Notes: generated from the sequence alone by a model not told the origin. A stretch of DNA of 31,288 nt from Cyanophora paradoxa CCMP329 (GCA_004431415.1 QPMI01000362.1:1-31288); one strand, 5' to 3'. Positions 1 through 10,015 are shown, numbered from the stretch's first letter. Program-made: numbers and translations.

Positions 1-338
1 TCTCGCGACTTGTAGACGAACGATGAACGAACGAGGCCGCGTGGAACCTCCGCGGTCGCTAATTTTCAACGGGTTTTCGAGTTCCATGCGGTGTACGTTA
101 AAAAAGCCAAGTCTAGTGCTAATCTCTAGCGCCAGCTAGTCTGGGCTCTTTGGAGCGGGGCAGGGGTAGAGCAGCTCAGCATCGCGCTCCTGCTCTGGCG
201 ATGGCGTCTGCGTCGCCGAGCGCTCCTAGTGCTAGCTGTCGTCGTTCTGGTGGTCCAGATCTGATCCACGTGCTCGCCGCGGCGCTCGTGAGCGACGCCT
301 CTAGCTCGGATGCGGAACGCTGTCTAGGAAGCTGCCAT

Positions 339-860
339 CAGTGATGGCATTAATAATACTCCCCAAAACGCCGACCTTAACATTAATAGTTAAGGTCTTT
401 ATTATAATATTAATAACATTATAGTGTATTATAATAATGCTCCATACAAATCCCGCCCCGGCAGCCCCGTCCTGCTTCTTCTTCGTACATTCAGCACTCT
501 TAAATGAAGCAGATAAGCAAGATTCAACCGTTTGAACTGTGCAGCTACGTGTTTAGAACAGGCTTGTGCCTTCTTTAAGAGATGGTGAGAGGGGTATGGT
601 ACCTGAGGTGTGTTCCATGGAGCTGTCAGGATGTCCGAGCGCTCGCAGAGCATTCAGACACATCTTAAACATCGTTTTAAAGCGTTGAGTTGCGTCGTGG
701 TGCGCTCCTGGGCAAAAGAAAGCGCACTAATAGGGGGTACCCCCGTATATTAATATTGTATTGTTAAGGTCCCCGATTCGGGGGAACCTTATAATAATAC
801 TATTATAATGCATTATAATAATGTTTATTACTGGATATTAATATTAAACGGCCATCACTG
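339..860. mobile_element. Non-autonomous hAT-superfamily DNA transposon (MITE), 522 bp
   Basis: Perfect 10-bp TIR CAGTGATGGC (339-348) / GCCATCACTG (851-860). Perfect 8-bp TSD GCTGCCAT (331-338, 861-868). AT-rich interior with subterminal TATTATAAT and GTTAAGGT/ACCTTA motifs. An 8-bp TSD plus a short CAG-starting TIR is the hAT signature. Confidence 0.9.
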
Positions 861-1019
861 GCTGCCATCACCGACAGACTGCGCGGCGTCTCCGCCTGAG
901 GCCTGCGCCATGGCCGTGCGCGACCGCTAGGTGCTAGCCAGCAAGGGTACGATAGCTGCTAGCTCGAAGGCGTACCTCTGCAACCGCTCGAGAGGTTCCA
1001 AGCGCTAAGTTCTGGCCTA

Positions 1020-1069
1020 ATTCCATTTCCACGCGTTTAGCTATAGGCCTAAACGCGTGGAAATGGAAT
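1020..1069. repeat. Perfect 21-bp inverted repeat (hairpin, 8-nt loop)
   Basis: ATTCCATTTCCACGCGTTTAG (1020-1040), loop CTATAGGC, then CTAAACGCGTGGAAATGGAAT (1049-1069). Confidence 0.95.
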
Positions 1070-1190
1070 CGCCGGTTCGTTAGCCGGACGACGAAATTTC
1101 TGAAAAAAAACCTCGTTCGTCCGAGTCGTGCACTTAGGCTAATTTGCGACTACGGGAAATCGTCCATGTGGTTTACGCCCTGAGCCTCGA

Positions 1191-1219
1191 GGGGAGGGGG
1201 GGGGGGGGGGGGGGGGGGG
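1191..1219 (+). repeat. Poly-G tract; similar tracts at ~5392-5429 and ~7881-7900
   Basis: Direct reading of the sequence. Homopolymer lengths are probably unreliable. Confidence 0.85.
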
Positions 1220-1689
1220 CGTCCTGACTAGAGGCGGGTAGAGCGAATTTGCGAACCTTCAGCCGTCACCCGTGACTTCCGCGCTTCACGGTAAGCTGCA
1301 CGCGTCGTTCTGGGCCCTGCAAGACGCAAAGCCTCGGGAATAGCCATCCAGTCGCCCAGAGTAAACAGTAGCAACAGCTGCAACAGGAAACAGAACTAAG
1401 TTCAATACGCAGCCGCGCAAGTTCAGCTGTAGTCGTGCAAACCTGCCGCGCTCTGCCTGATCGGTTGGTCCCAGGTTTCGCTGTGGGAGCGCCTTGAGCG
1501 ACGGCAGTCCTTTCTTGACAAGGTTCGTGCGCTCTGTGCACGGAGATTAGCGCTGATCCGGGCGCGCTCTTGATATCCCGCATCGCTGCGGTTGCGCATC
1601 GGTGGCAGTTTCGATCGACCCCGTCTGTTGAGTCTAACAGTATCTGTTCCGTTCAGGTCTGAGGGTCGGTCTGAGGATCAGGAGGCTCG

Positions 1690-4600
1690 ATGGCAGAGCA
1701 CGCAGGAGGCGGGGGCGGCAGCAACCAGCAGCGCCGCTCCCGGCACCTGTGGGTTGGGTGAGCTGCATCGCTCTCGGTCCAGACAGCATGCGCTTAGTGC
1801 CTTATCGCTCTCCTACTCAGGAAGTCGGCGCCGAGCTTTCCGAGGAGGACATCCGGCGCGCGTTTGATCCTACGCGAAATTCTCAGCATCCGACTCGTGC
1901 GGGAGACGTCATGCTGCTTCGTCAACTTCAGAAACGTGGAAGATGCCGTGGTCGCCCGCCAGAAGCTGCAGCGGACGGTGATCCCGCCGGGAGAGTCGAA
2001 GATCGAGATCAACTTCGGCAAGGTCGGTCGCTCCTTTTCCTGCCCGGGCCGCTGTAACAGGCACGTGCAGCGCCAAGACAACATGACGAGCCGGCACCTC
2101 TGGGTCGGCAACCTGGAGTCCGACATGAACGAGGACAACCTCAAGAACCTCTTCGCCCCGTTCGGGCAGGTGCCCTCCGTCTTCGGCCTTTGTTTTCTTT
2201 TTGCGGAGGGCGGGGCAGGTGCTGAGCGTGCGGCTGCTGCGGGAGACGAACTGCGGCTTCGTCAACTTCAAGACCGTCGAGGAGGCCGTCGCCGCGCGCA
2301 CCGCCATGCAGGTGCCCGCCTCGCCCCCGCCGCGCCCCCGCGCCGCCGGCCGACGCGGCGGGGTGCAGGGCAAGCGGCTCTCAGCGGACGCGAAGCCGAT
2401 CGAGATCGACTTCAAGTTCCCCCGCAACCAGGACAGTAATGGCGGCGCCGGTGGCGCTGCCGCCGCCGGCGGCGGCGGCGGGCGGCGAGGCGAGGACGGC
2501 TCCGGCGGCGGCAAGAGCCGCAGCGGTGGTCGCAGCAAGAAGGGTGGGAACGGGCAGCAGCAGCAGCAGCAGCAGGGGCCGGCGGGGCAGCAGCAGCAGG
2601 GCGGGCCCGGGCAGGGGGTGCGGTACGCTGTGCCGGGGGCGATGCCGGCGGGCATCCCGGACTACGACCTGGTGCAGCCGCTGCCGATGGTCGTGCCGGC
2701 GGCCGCCCCCCGCGTGGCCCCCGCCCCCGCCGTCGACCCCGCCTTCGTCCACATGGCCCCGCAGCAGCACTTCATGCCCCAGGTCCTCTTTCCCTCCCCG
2801 CCACTGCCCTGCCCCCGCCCCGCCTCGCCGGCCCCGCGCTCACCGGCCGGGGGCGCCTGCGCAGATGGGCGGCCCGCCCCCCATGGTGCTCCCGCAGGCC
2901 TGGCGGCCCCCGCCGGGCATGCCCCCCGGCGCCGCCTACGGGCCCTCTCCCCGACCGCCGCGGCGGCCGTGCCGGCGGCCGGTGGCGCCCCTCCGGCGGG
3001 GTACGCGGCGGCGGCGGGAATGCACCTCTGCCGGTCTCGGCAGGGGCGGCGGCGGCGACGGCGGCGCTGGCGGCGGCGGCGGCGGCCTCGTCGACGACAA
3101 ACGCGGCGAGCGCGGCGGGGAGCACGGGGCGGCGGGCGCGGCTGGCGGGCAGGAGCTGGAGATGGCGTCGAGCAGCACGGACTGGACCGTGCGCGTCAAG
3201 GCCTGGCGTTACTGGTGCCAGCTCTTCCACCGCGCCGAGAGCGAGGACGCACAGGTCCGCCATCCCCAACCCCGCCCCCGCAACCCCCCGACGGGCCCCG
3301 CAGGTTATGTACGCGCACGCGGACGACTGCGCGAGCCAGCCCCTGACCTTCGTCCAAGTGCGCCGCCGCGCCGCGCCGCGCCGCGCCGCTCCCCGCCCCG
3401 GCGCCGGCGCCGAGCGCGGCGGCAGATGTTCCTCCAGTCGAACGCGCTGGAGGGCGCCATCGACTCGGTCATGCGGGTGCGCCGCCCGTGCCGGCCGGCC
3501 GGTGTCGGGGCGCGGGGCGCTGGCGTGACGGGGGCGGGGGGGCAGATGCCGCCGGACACGGACGCGGACCTGCTGCTGTGCCTGTTCAGCTACTGCCTGG
3601 AGGGGGACGACGCCGTCCACCGCCGCCTCCTCGACGGCCTCTGCGCCCTCGCCAACCTCCTCCGCCAGGCCCGCCCCGCCCCGCCCCGCCCGCCCCCCCC
3701 CATTTCCGCCCCGCCCCTGACCGCGCCGCAGCACGGCTACTCGGCGTTCGGGAGCGGGCTGCCTAACCAGGGCCCCACGATCGCCCGCGTCATGCGGATG
3801 ACCGTCGCCGCCTACAAGTTCGACCCCATGCAGGCCCGCCCCGCCCCGCCCCGCCGCCTGCAGCGCGCCCGAGGCGCCGCGCAGGTCCAGAAGTTCGCGA
3901 CCTTCTTCTCGAACCAGCTGGAGGAGACGAACCGGCGCCTCGCGGAGAGCGAGCGCCGTCTCCAGCAGCTCGACACCGTGCGCGCCGCCGCGCCGCGCCC
4001 GGCCTCGCGCGCGGCTGAGGCGGCGCAGGCGTCGGACGCGGTGGCCGCGCTGCTGGAGAGCACGAACCTGACGAGCGAGCTGCTGCGCCTCTCCAAGCAG
4101 AAGCAGCAGAAGATGCGCTCCATGCTCAGCCGCCAGACCGCCTTCCGCTCCGGCCGCGACATCCGCGCCCTCTTCGAGGACATCTACAAGGCCCGCCCGC
4201 CCGCCCCGCCCGCGCCGCCCCCCCGCCTGACGCCCCGCAGGTCCTCCACGACCTCCTCACCCCGCCCCGGCGCAAGAGCGAGGACCACTCCAACGGCCAC
4301 GCCGCCGAGAAGGCCGCCGCCGAGCACGACGAGAAGGCGGGGCCGGGGGCGGCGGGGGAGGGGAGCGGGGCGGGGGTGCAGGGGCACGGGGGCCACGGAG
4401 AGGAGCACGGGCAGAGCGCGGCGTACCGGATGATCCTGCAGCGCGTGCGCGAGTTCGTCGACTCGTCGTGCGCCACCCTCCTCGACATCGTCGAGAAGCG
4501 CTCCACCCAGTGGGACGGCCTCATGCAGGCCCGCACGCCCCGCCCCGCCCCCGCCCTCCCGCCCGGCGCGGCGGCCGGCCGAGGGCGGCGGGCGCAGAGT

Positions 4601-5069
4601 GCCCAGCTGCAGTACCTGGCGTACGTGGAGCGGCACATGCGGCAGCGGCGGGAGCAGCTGCGGCTCTTCCAGCGCCGCCTGCGCTTCTGCGGGGAGAAGC
4701 TGGAGAGCCTGGAGCGGGACCGGGAGTCGATGGCGGAGTTCGGGATGGCGGAGGCGGACGACGACACGGAGGCGCAGATCGCGGCCATCCACGCGCGCTT
4801 CGAGGAGACGAGCGCCAAGCTCAAGGAGGTCCGCACCGACATCGAGACCGTCCGCTTCTCCGTCTCCGTCTTCCTCGAGGCCAACAAGGCCCCCGAGTTC
4901 GCCGGTCCGCCCCCGCCCCCCGTCCCTCTCCACCCGCCCCGTCTGCGCCAGCGGGGCCCGACGCGTGCGGGGCGCAGAGGTCGAGGCGCGCATCTCGGAG
5001 CTCGCACTCTGCCTCCGAGAAGAGGACAACAAGCCCGGCGCCAGCGCCCCCACGCCCCCCGCCCGCTAG
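1690..5069 (+). CDS. RNA-binding protein: two N-terminal RRMs, Gly/Gln/Pro low-complexity linker, helical/coiled-coil C-terminal region; about 14 introns
   Basis: RRM1 SRHLWVG...ILSIRLVRETSCCFVNFRNVEDAVVARQKLQ...IEINFGK. RRM2 SRHLWVGNLESDMNEDNLKNLFAPFGQVLSVRLLRETNCGFVNFKTVEEAVAARTAMQ. Spliced exons continue to ...EVEARISELALCLREEDNKPGASAPTPPAR-TAG. A few apparent 1-nt indels. Confidence 0.8.
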
Positions 5070-5195
5070 GCCCGCCACGCCCGCCTCCGTAGCAGCCCAG
5101 GACCGCCACGCAGGATGCGCCATGTGCTCGTGTCGCATACGCACGCGCATGTTTCGAGAGCGGGCGCAGGAGGCAGGGCGCGCGGGGGGCGGGGG

Positions 5196-5391
5196 CTAGA
5201 GGGAGTCGTCGGCGTCGATGCGGTCGCCGGCGGCGCGGATGTCGCCGACGATGTCCGTGAGGGCGAGCTCGGGGTGCTCCAGCCGGAAGTCCACCCGGAT
5301 GTCCTCGAAGTCCTTCGCCGGGCCCGCCTCCTCCTCCCCCTCCTCCTGCCCCCCCCGCCCCCGCTTCTCCGCACAAGAAGAGGGCGAGGAA

Positions 5392-5431
<40 letters not shown>

Positions 5432-6803
5432 GGGAGGGGGGGACGAGGAGGGTGGGCGGTGGGGGGCGCACCTCGCGGGTCACCTCGACGGTGGGGAAGG
5501 AGCCCGAGCCGTCGGCACCATGCGGGAAGACACCTGCGCCTCATCACGCCCTCGCGCCCCTGGCCGCCCTCGCCGCAAGCACCTTTCACGACGGAGCGGA
5601 CCAGAGCCGCCTGCAGCGCGCGTGAGTGGGGCGCCGGGAGGGGCGGGCGGGATGCGGAAGGTGTGGCCGGACCTCTCGCCTGCCGATGGGGAGCTCGAGG
5701 GCGTCGATGAGATACGTGCGCATACAGTCGACGGCGAGGAGGGCGGCGGGGCGGCCCGTCGCCAGCCGCCGCGCCGGCTCCTCGAGGACGGCCTGGATGG
5801 ATGCCGGCGGCGCCGGCATCTCCGGCATCGCCGGCTTCCACCGCTCCGCCTCCGTCTCCTCCTGCCCGTTCCTGCCACGCCCTGAGCCGCGGCCGGCAGG
5901 GAGGGGGCCGCCGGCGCTCTCACCACGCCTGCTGATCCTCCGCCCGCTCGCCGAAGAGGGCGATCCGCTGCACGCGCGCCTTCCAGTCCGCCACTGCGCC
6001 GCCGCGCTCGGCCCGGGGCGACGCCGGGCAGCGCCGCGGCGCGCGCACCGTCCTGGCCCCACTTGGCGGCCTCCCGCAGCTCAAACAGGCCGAGCTCCCG
6101 TCCCGTTGCGCCGCACCAGCAGCACAAAAGCATGACGGTACTGTCCGCAGGCCGCTCCCAGCCGCTCTCCTCGTTCACTGCGGGAAATTAGAAACTGGCT
6201 TCCATTTTGCCAGACTGCGGGAAATTAGAAACTGGGGCACCCTGAGTGAGGGGCGCCAGAAAGCGCCCGACGCGGCCGTATACGAGATTCGTCCAGTCCC
6301 AGAAGTTCATTGACATCATGTCCAATTCTCCGTTGTTCATGTCGTCGTCGCCCCTGCGCCGCCGCCGCTTATCATTACGAGTCAGGGGACGACGAGTCAT
6401 TATCATTACATGCGCCGCCGCCGCTTATCATGACTCGTCGCCGCACGCGCTTCGACGAGTCAGGGACGCACGGCGCCGGCAGCTTCACGTTTGAAAGATC
6501 GAGCGGGCGTATGCGGACTCGTGGCTCATCCACCGCCGGCGGCGCACTCGGCGGAGGCTGGGCGCGCGCCAGAAATGCGACGGCTGCTGCCACGGCTGCC
6601 CCAGCGCCGATGAGGAGGGGTGCATCGAGTTGGAATTCCGCGACGCACGGCCCCTCGTGGCGCAGCGACCGCGCCGCACGCGCCGCGCTTTTCTGTGGAG
6701 GGGTGGCGAGGAACGCGCTGGCGAGCTGCACGCGCGACCTGCTCGGCAGCGCTGGAAGGGCGGACACGAAGCCGCAGCTGCAGCTGCTGTTCATGTGCGC
6801 CAT
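5196..6803 (-). CDS. Hypothetical protein with putative plastid transit peptide and a hydrophobic helix; about 7 exons
   Basis: N-terminus MAHMNSSCSCGFVSALPALPSRSRVQLASAFLATPPQKSAARAARS (Ser/Ala/Arg-rich, no acidic residues, FVxxLP), then LLIGAGAAVAAAVAFLA. Exons join through KGDDDMNNGELDMMSMNFWDWTNLVYG, NEESGWERPADSTVMLLCCWCG and IQAVLEEPARRL to DFEDIRVDFRLEHPELALTDIVGDIRAAGDRIDADDSL-stop. No family recognised. Confidence 0.6.
6177..6235 (-). repeat. 22-bp direct repeat duplicating an intron branch point plus 3' splice site
   Basis: ACTGCGGGAAATTAGAAACTGG at 6177-6198 and 6214-6235. On the minus strand it reads CCAGTTTCTAATTTCCCGCAG/T. Confidence 0.85.
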
Positions 6804-7128
6804 AGCAGACCCGGTGCCAGACCGTGCGAGTGGGGTACGCGGGCAGAAGTTCTCCGGCGCGGACGGCTCCCGGCGCGGCGCTCTAGAGAAGGGCTACCCA
6901 ATGCGGACCCTCGACACGTCGATCGGCTCTTCGCGTCCCTCAGATCGCGTCGCAACGCGGCCCAGATTTCCTGGCAAAAACCATCTTCGGGGGCTGAAAC
7001 CTTGCGTGCCCGGAAGTTGCAGGACGCGCATGAATTCGCAATCGCTATCGGCGGGACGTGCGCTCGGAGGGACGGGGGAGGGGTCGGGGCGGGCGGCGGG
7101 GGCCGGGGCGGGGGGCGCCGCGGGGCGG

Positions 7129-9785
7129 TCATGCGGCGGCGAAGAACTTGACGGAGCGGTCGAGGGAGGCGGAGCCGATGAAGGCGGCGTCAGGCCCGAA
7201 CGCCACGTCCGTCACAGCCGCCGTGTGCTCCCCGAAAGCCTTCACCTCCTCGAAGCCCTTCGTCGCGAACACCCTGCCCCCGCCCCCGGTCGGCACCGGC
7301 CCCGCGAGCAGAGGCGCCGGGCGGGGCGGGGCGCACCGGACGTTGGCGCCGGCGGCGGCGAGGTACTGACCCGAGTAGTCGAACGCCACCGCGTTGATCG
7401 GGGTCCTGCGGGGCGCGCCTCAGGCGGCGCCGTCGCGGCGTGGCACGGTGCAGTGCGGAGCGGGGCGTACCCCTCGGAGACGGAGAGGGTCTTGAAGTTG
7501 CAGGCGTCGGGCTGGCCGGCCTTGCGGAGGTCCCACAGCTTCACCGTCCCGTCGTGCGACGCCGAGGCCAGGTAGAAGCTGCCGCGCGCCTCAGGCCCAG
7601 CGCCGATGCGGGGCCCGGGGCGGGCTGGTGCGCGCGGACCCGTTCTCGGAGAAGGCGATGGAGGAGACGGGCCCGGCGTGGCCCTCGAAGGTCGCCACGT
7701 TGGCCTGCGACTTGACGTCCCACACCTTGATCAGCGCGTCCGGCGTCGCCGTCCCCAGGATCAGCCCGTCCGGGTGGAACGCCACGCTGCTGTACCCTGC
7801 CCGCGCCGTCAGCCCGCCGGCGACTGCCCCGGGGCAGGGAGAAAGGGGATTGGGCAGAAAGAGGATTGGCGCGAGCTAGAGGGGGGGGGGGGGGGGGGGG
7901 ACAGGGAATGTTGGAGGGTCCTATCGCGCCAGAGCCGACGAGACGGCAAGACGCCACCGACCCTCGACCGTCCCCTCGCGAGCCCGAGGGCCCGGGGGGC
8001 GCGGCCGTGACACAATTTCGCATTTCCTCTTCAACCTGGCTCATGAAAGATCGCCACGTTGCTTTTAAAAATGCGGACGCCACGGCGAGGCCAGACGGTG
8101 GGGCGGCGGGGCACCGGGAAAAGAAAGGGGGACCGGGGCGGGGCGGGGTGCGCGAACCCCGTGTGATGCCTGCGTCCTGGGTCTGGACGAAGCAGAAGCC
8201 GGAGCGGATGTCGAAGATCGCCCAGGTGCCGTCGTGCGAGGCCGAGACCAGGTAGTCGCCCGTCGCGTGCAGCGAGACCTGCCCGCCCGCTCAGCGCGGC
8301 CCGGCGCGGGCGGGCGGTGGGAGCAGCGCACCCCGACGACCTCCTCCGCGTGCTCCTTAAGAGTGAGCGCCGCCTTCCAGCCTGCCGCCCGTGGTCAGGC
8401 GGCGCAACCCCAAGCAGCGTCTCCCCGATCGCGCGCACTGGAATCCTTGCCGGTCCAGACCTTCACGGTCTTGTCCGTCGAGGACGAGAAGATGACGTTC
8501 TCCGAAGGGTGGACGAGCACATCCGTGACCTACACGCGTGCGCAGGTGACGAGAGCAGCCGTGAGCGGCACATGCCGGGCGATGCCGAGGCCCGGTGCGA
8601 GGGCGCACCTTCTTGCTGTGGCCCGCGAGCTTCGCGACGAGCTTGCCCGCCGCACGGTTGAAAAGGATAACATCGCCATCGACGCCACCGGACACGGCCT
8701 ATCGGACCGGTGAGGTGCTGGAAGAGGAATATCGCCACAGACAAGCAAGCCGCACCATGTTCGCATCGCGCGGATTGATGTCGAGGCAAGTGACACCGGG
8801 TGGGCTGGCTTTGTGCATGAGGCTCGTTCCGACCTGCTTGTACGCCTGGATCTGCTCAGGAGTTGCCAGGGACGCCGAGGCCTGCCGCTTCTTGCGGCCT
8901 TTCGACAACCTGAGCAACTCGCGGCTCGGAGGTGAACTTGGCACGAAAGTGAAACAAAACGACGCGCACGCGGTCGCAGTGCTCGTCATCTTCTTGACTA
9001 CATCGCTAGTGAGGCCCGACTTCGGCTTGGGCACATCGACCTCCATTGGCTCCGCGGCCGCGCTCGGAGCTGCGGCACCCTGTGCGCCTATCTGCGATAG
9101 TTGTGCCGTCGCCGCCGCAAGCGCACTGCTCGGCAAGCCCAGTTAACATCTTCCCGCCGAATGCTGGGCGGCAGCCATTCCGGGAAAACGCACTTCCGGG
9201 CCTGATCGCGCTCCTTGACAAGTCGGGCGATAACTCGACAAGCGGCATCGTGCTGATAGAGGGCGTGCGAAAGTTCTTGCCGAACCTGGAACTCGCGTGA
9301 GCGCGATGGGCGGCGGAATAGCGAGTCAGGGGCGGCGGAGGCGGAAACGGACGGTGTCCAGGTGCTGCTTGAGAGTGAAAGTTTCCAGCGTGAGCGCGTC
9401 CCACTCGTTCTGAAAGATGGCGAGGAGCGAGGGGATGCTCGTCGCGTTCGGTGGCCGGGGCTTCACGATCTTCGAGGCTGCCGGGCGAGCACGATCACAT
9501 TAGCTTTCGAGCACTGAGCGAATTGCTCGCGGGGGAGGGGCGTGGCACGCGGCGCGAACCCTGCGGGACGAGGAGGTCCTCCTTGCTCATCGGCTCCTTC
9601 GTAATGGGGCACGTGCCATTCGCCTCAAGGTACTTCTCGATCAATCGCTTCTCGTAAGCGTGGCCGGACTTTTTCGAGATGACCGGCTCCTCCGGGATGC
9701 CGCCCGACACTGCGAATCGAGTGAGGGGCGAGCGGGAAACCCCCAAGCGAACGTAGTCGAACGCACGGGCGCAGGTGAGGCTCAT
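7129..9785 (-). CDS. PRP19: Pre-mRNA-processing factor 19 (U-box, coiled coil, WD40 repeats)
   Basis: U-box [51 protein letters not shown]. Prp19 coiled coil [29 protein letters not shown]...[24 protein letters not shown]40 repeats [13 protein letters not shown]...[31 protein letters not shown]. Ends [14 protein letters not shown]-stop. Confidence 0.97.
7906..8086 (-). ncRNA. Probable intronic box H/ACA snoRNA in PRP19 intron 7797-8157
   Basis: Two hairpins with internal pockets. HP1 CGCATTT..AAATGCG (8075-8019) is followed by an H-like box AAATTG. HP2 GAGGGTC..GACCCTC (7965-7914) is followed by ACA (7911-7909). Both pockets are complementary to conserved LSU rRNA segments recalled from memory. 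Confidence 0.65.
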
Positions 9786-10015
9786 CCTGGGCGCGGCTTC
9801 GTTTTTGCGAGCAGGTCCTTCCCCCCCTGTTCGCCGGGTACAGCAAACGTAGGCGCATTCTCGCCCAGGTGCGCCTTCTGCCTTCTCGGGTGGCCGACTT
9901 TGTGCTAATGTGAAAGAAAGCTCCAAATGTGAAAGAGAAAAGCTCGTCGCGAGCACCCCGCCCAACGGCGCCCGACCGCCGTCTGCCGAGCCCGCTGAGC
10001 CCTCGCTGCGCAGCG

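Noticed and set aside
429-653. 74-aa ORF inside the MITE as a transposase remnant
   Set aside because: No hAT motifs (BED finger, DDE, hATC) are recognisable.
14-1122. ACGAACGAGG (~27-36) versus CCTCGTTCGT (1111-1120) as ends of a larger enclosing element
   Set aside because: Only about 10 bp of match, no TSD, and the left end would be at or outside the window edge, so it cannot be supported.
1638-1656. AGTATCTGTTC..TCAG similarity to U2 snRNA
   Set aside because: No U2 5' end, GTAGTA branch-pairing sequence or Sm site. It is better explained as a 5'-UTR splice acceptor region (CTAACAG).
6177-6235. Repeat-spacer-repeat as a CRISPR array (likewise 17531-17600)
   Set aside because: Only two copies, a 15-bp or absent spacer, eukaryotic intronic context and no cas genes.
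6378-6436. Possible C/D snoRNA on the minus strand (ATGATAA...CTGA with a GAGTC/GACTC stem)
   Set aside because: Too short, box C is imperfect, no rRNA antisense element is evident, and it is explained by the local duplication.
7797-8157. Telomerase RNA (U/A-rich segment plus 3' ACA hairpin)
   Set aside because: No telomeric template (CUAACCCU or CUAAACCCU) is present, and the pockets fit rRNA guides better.
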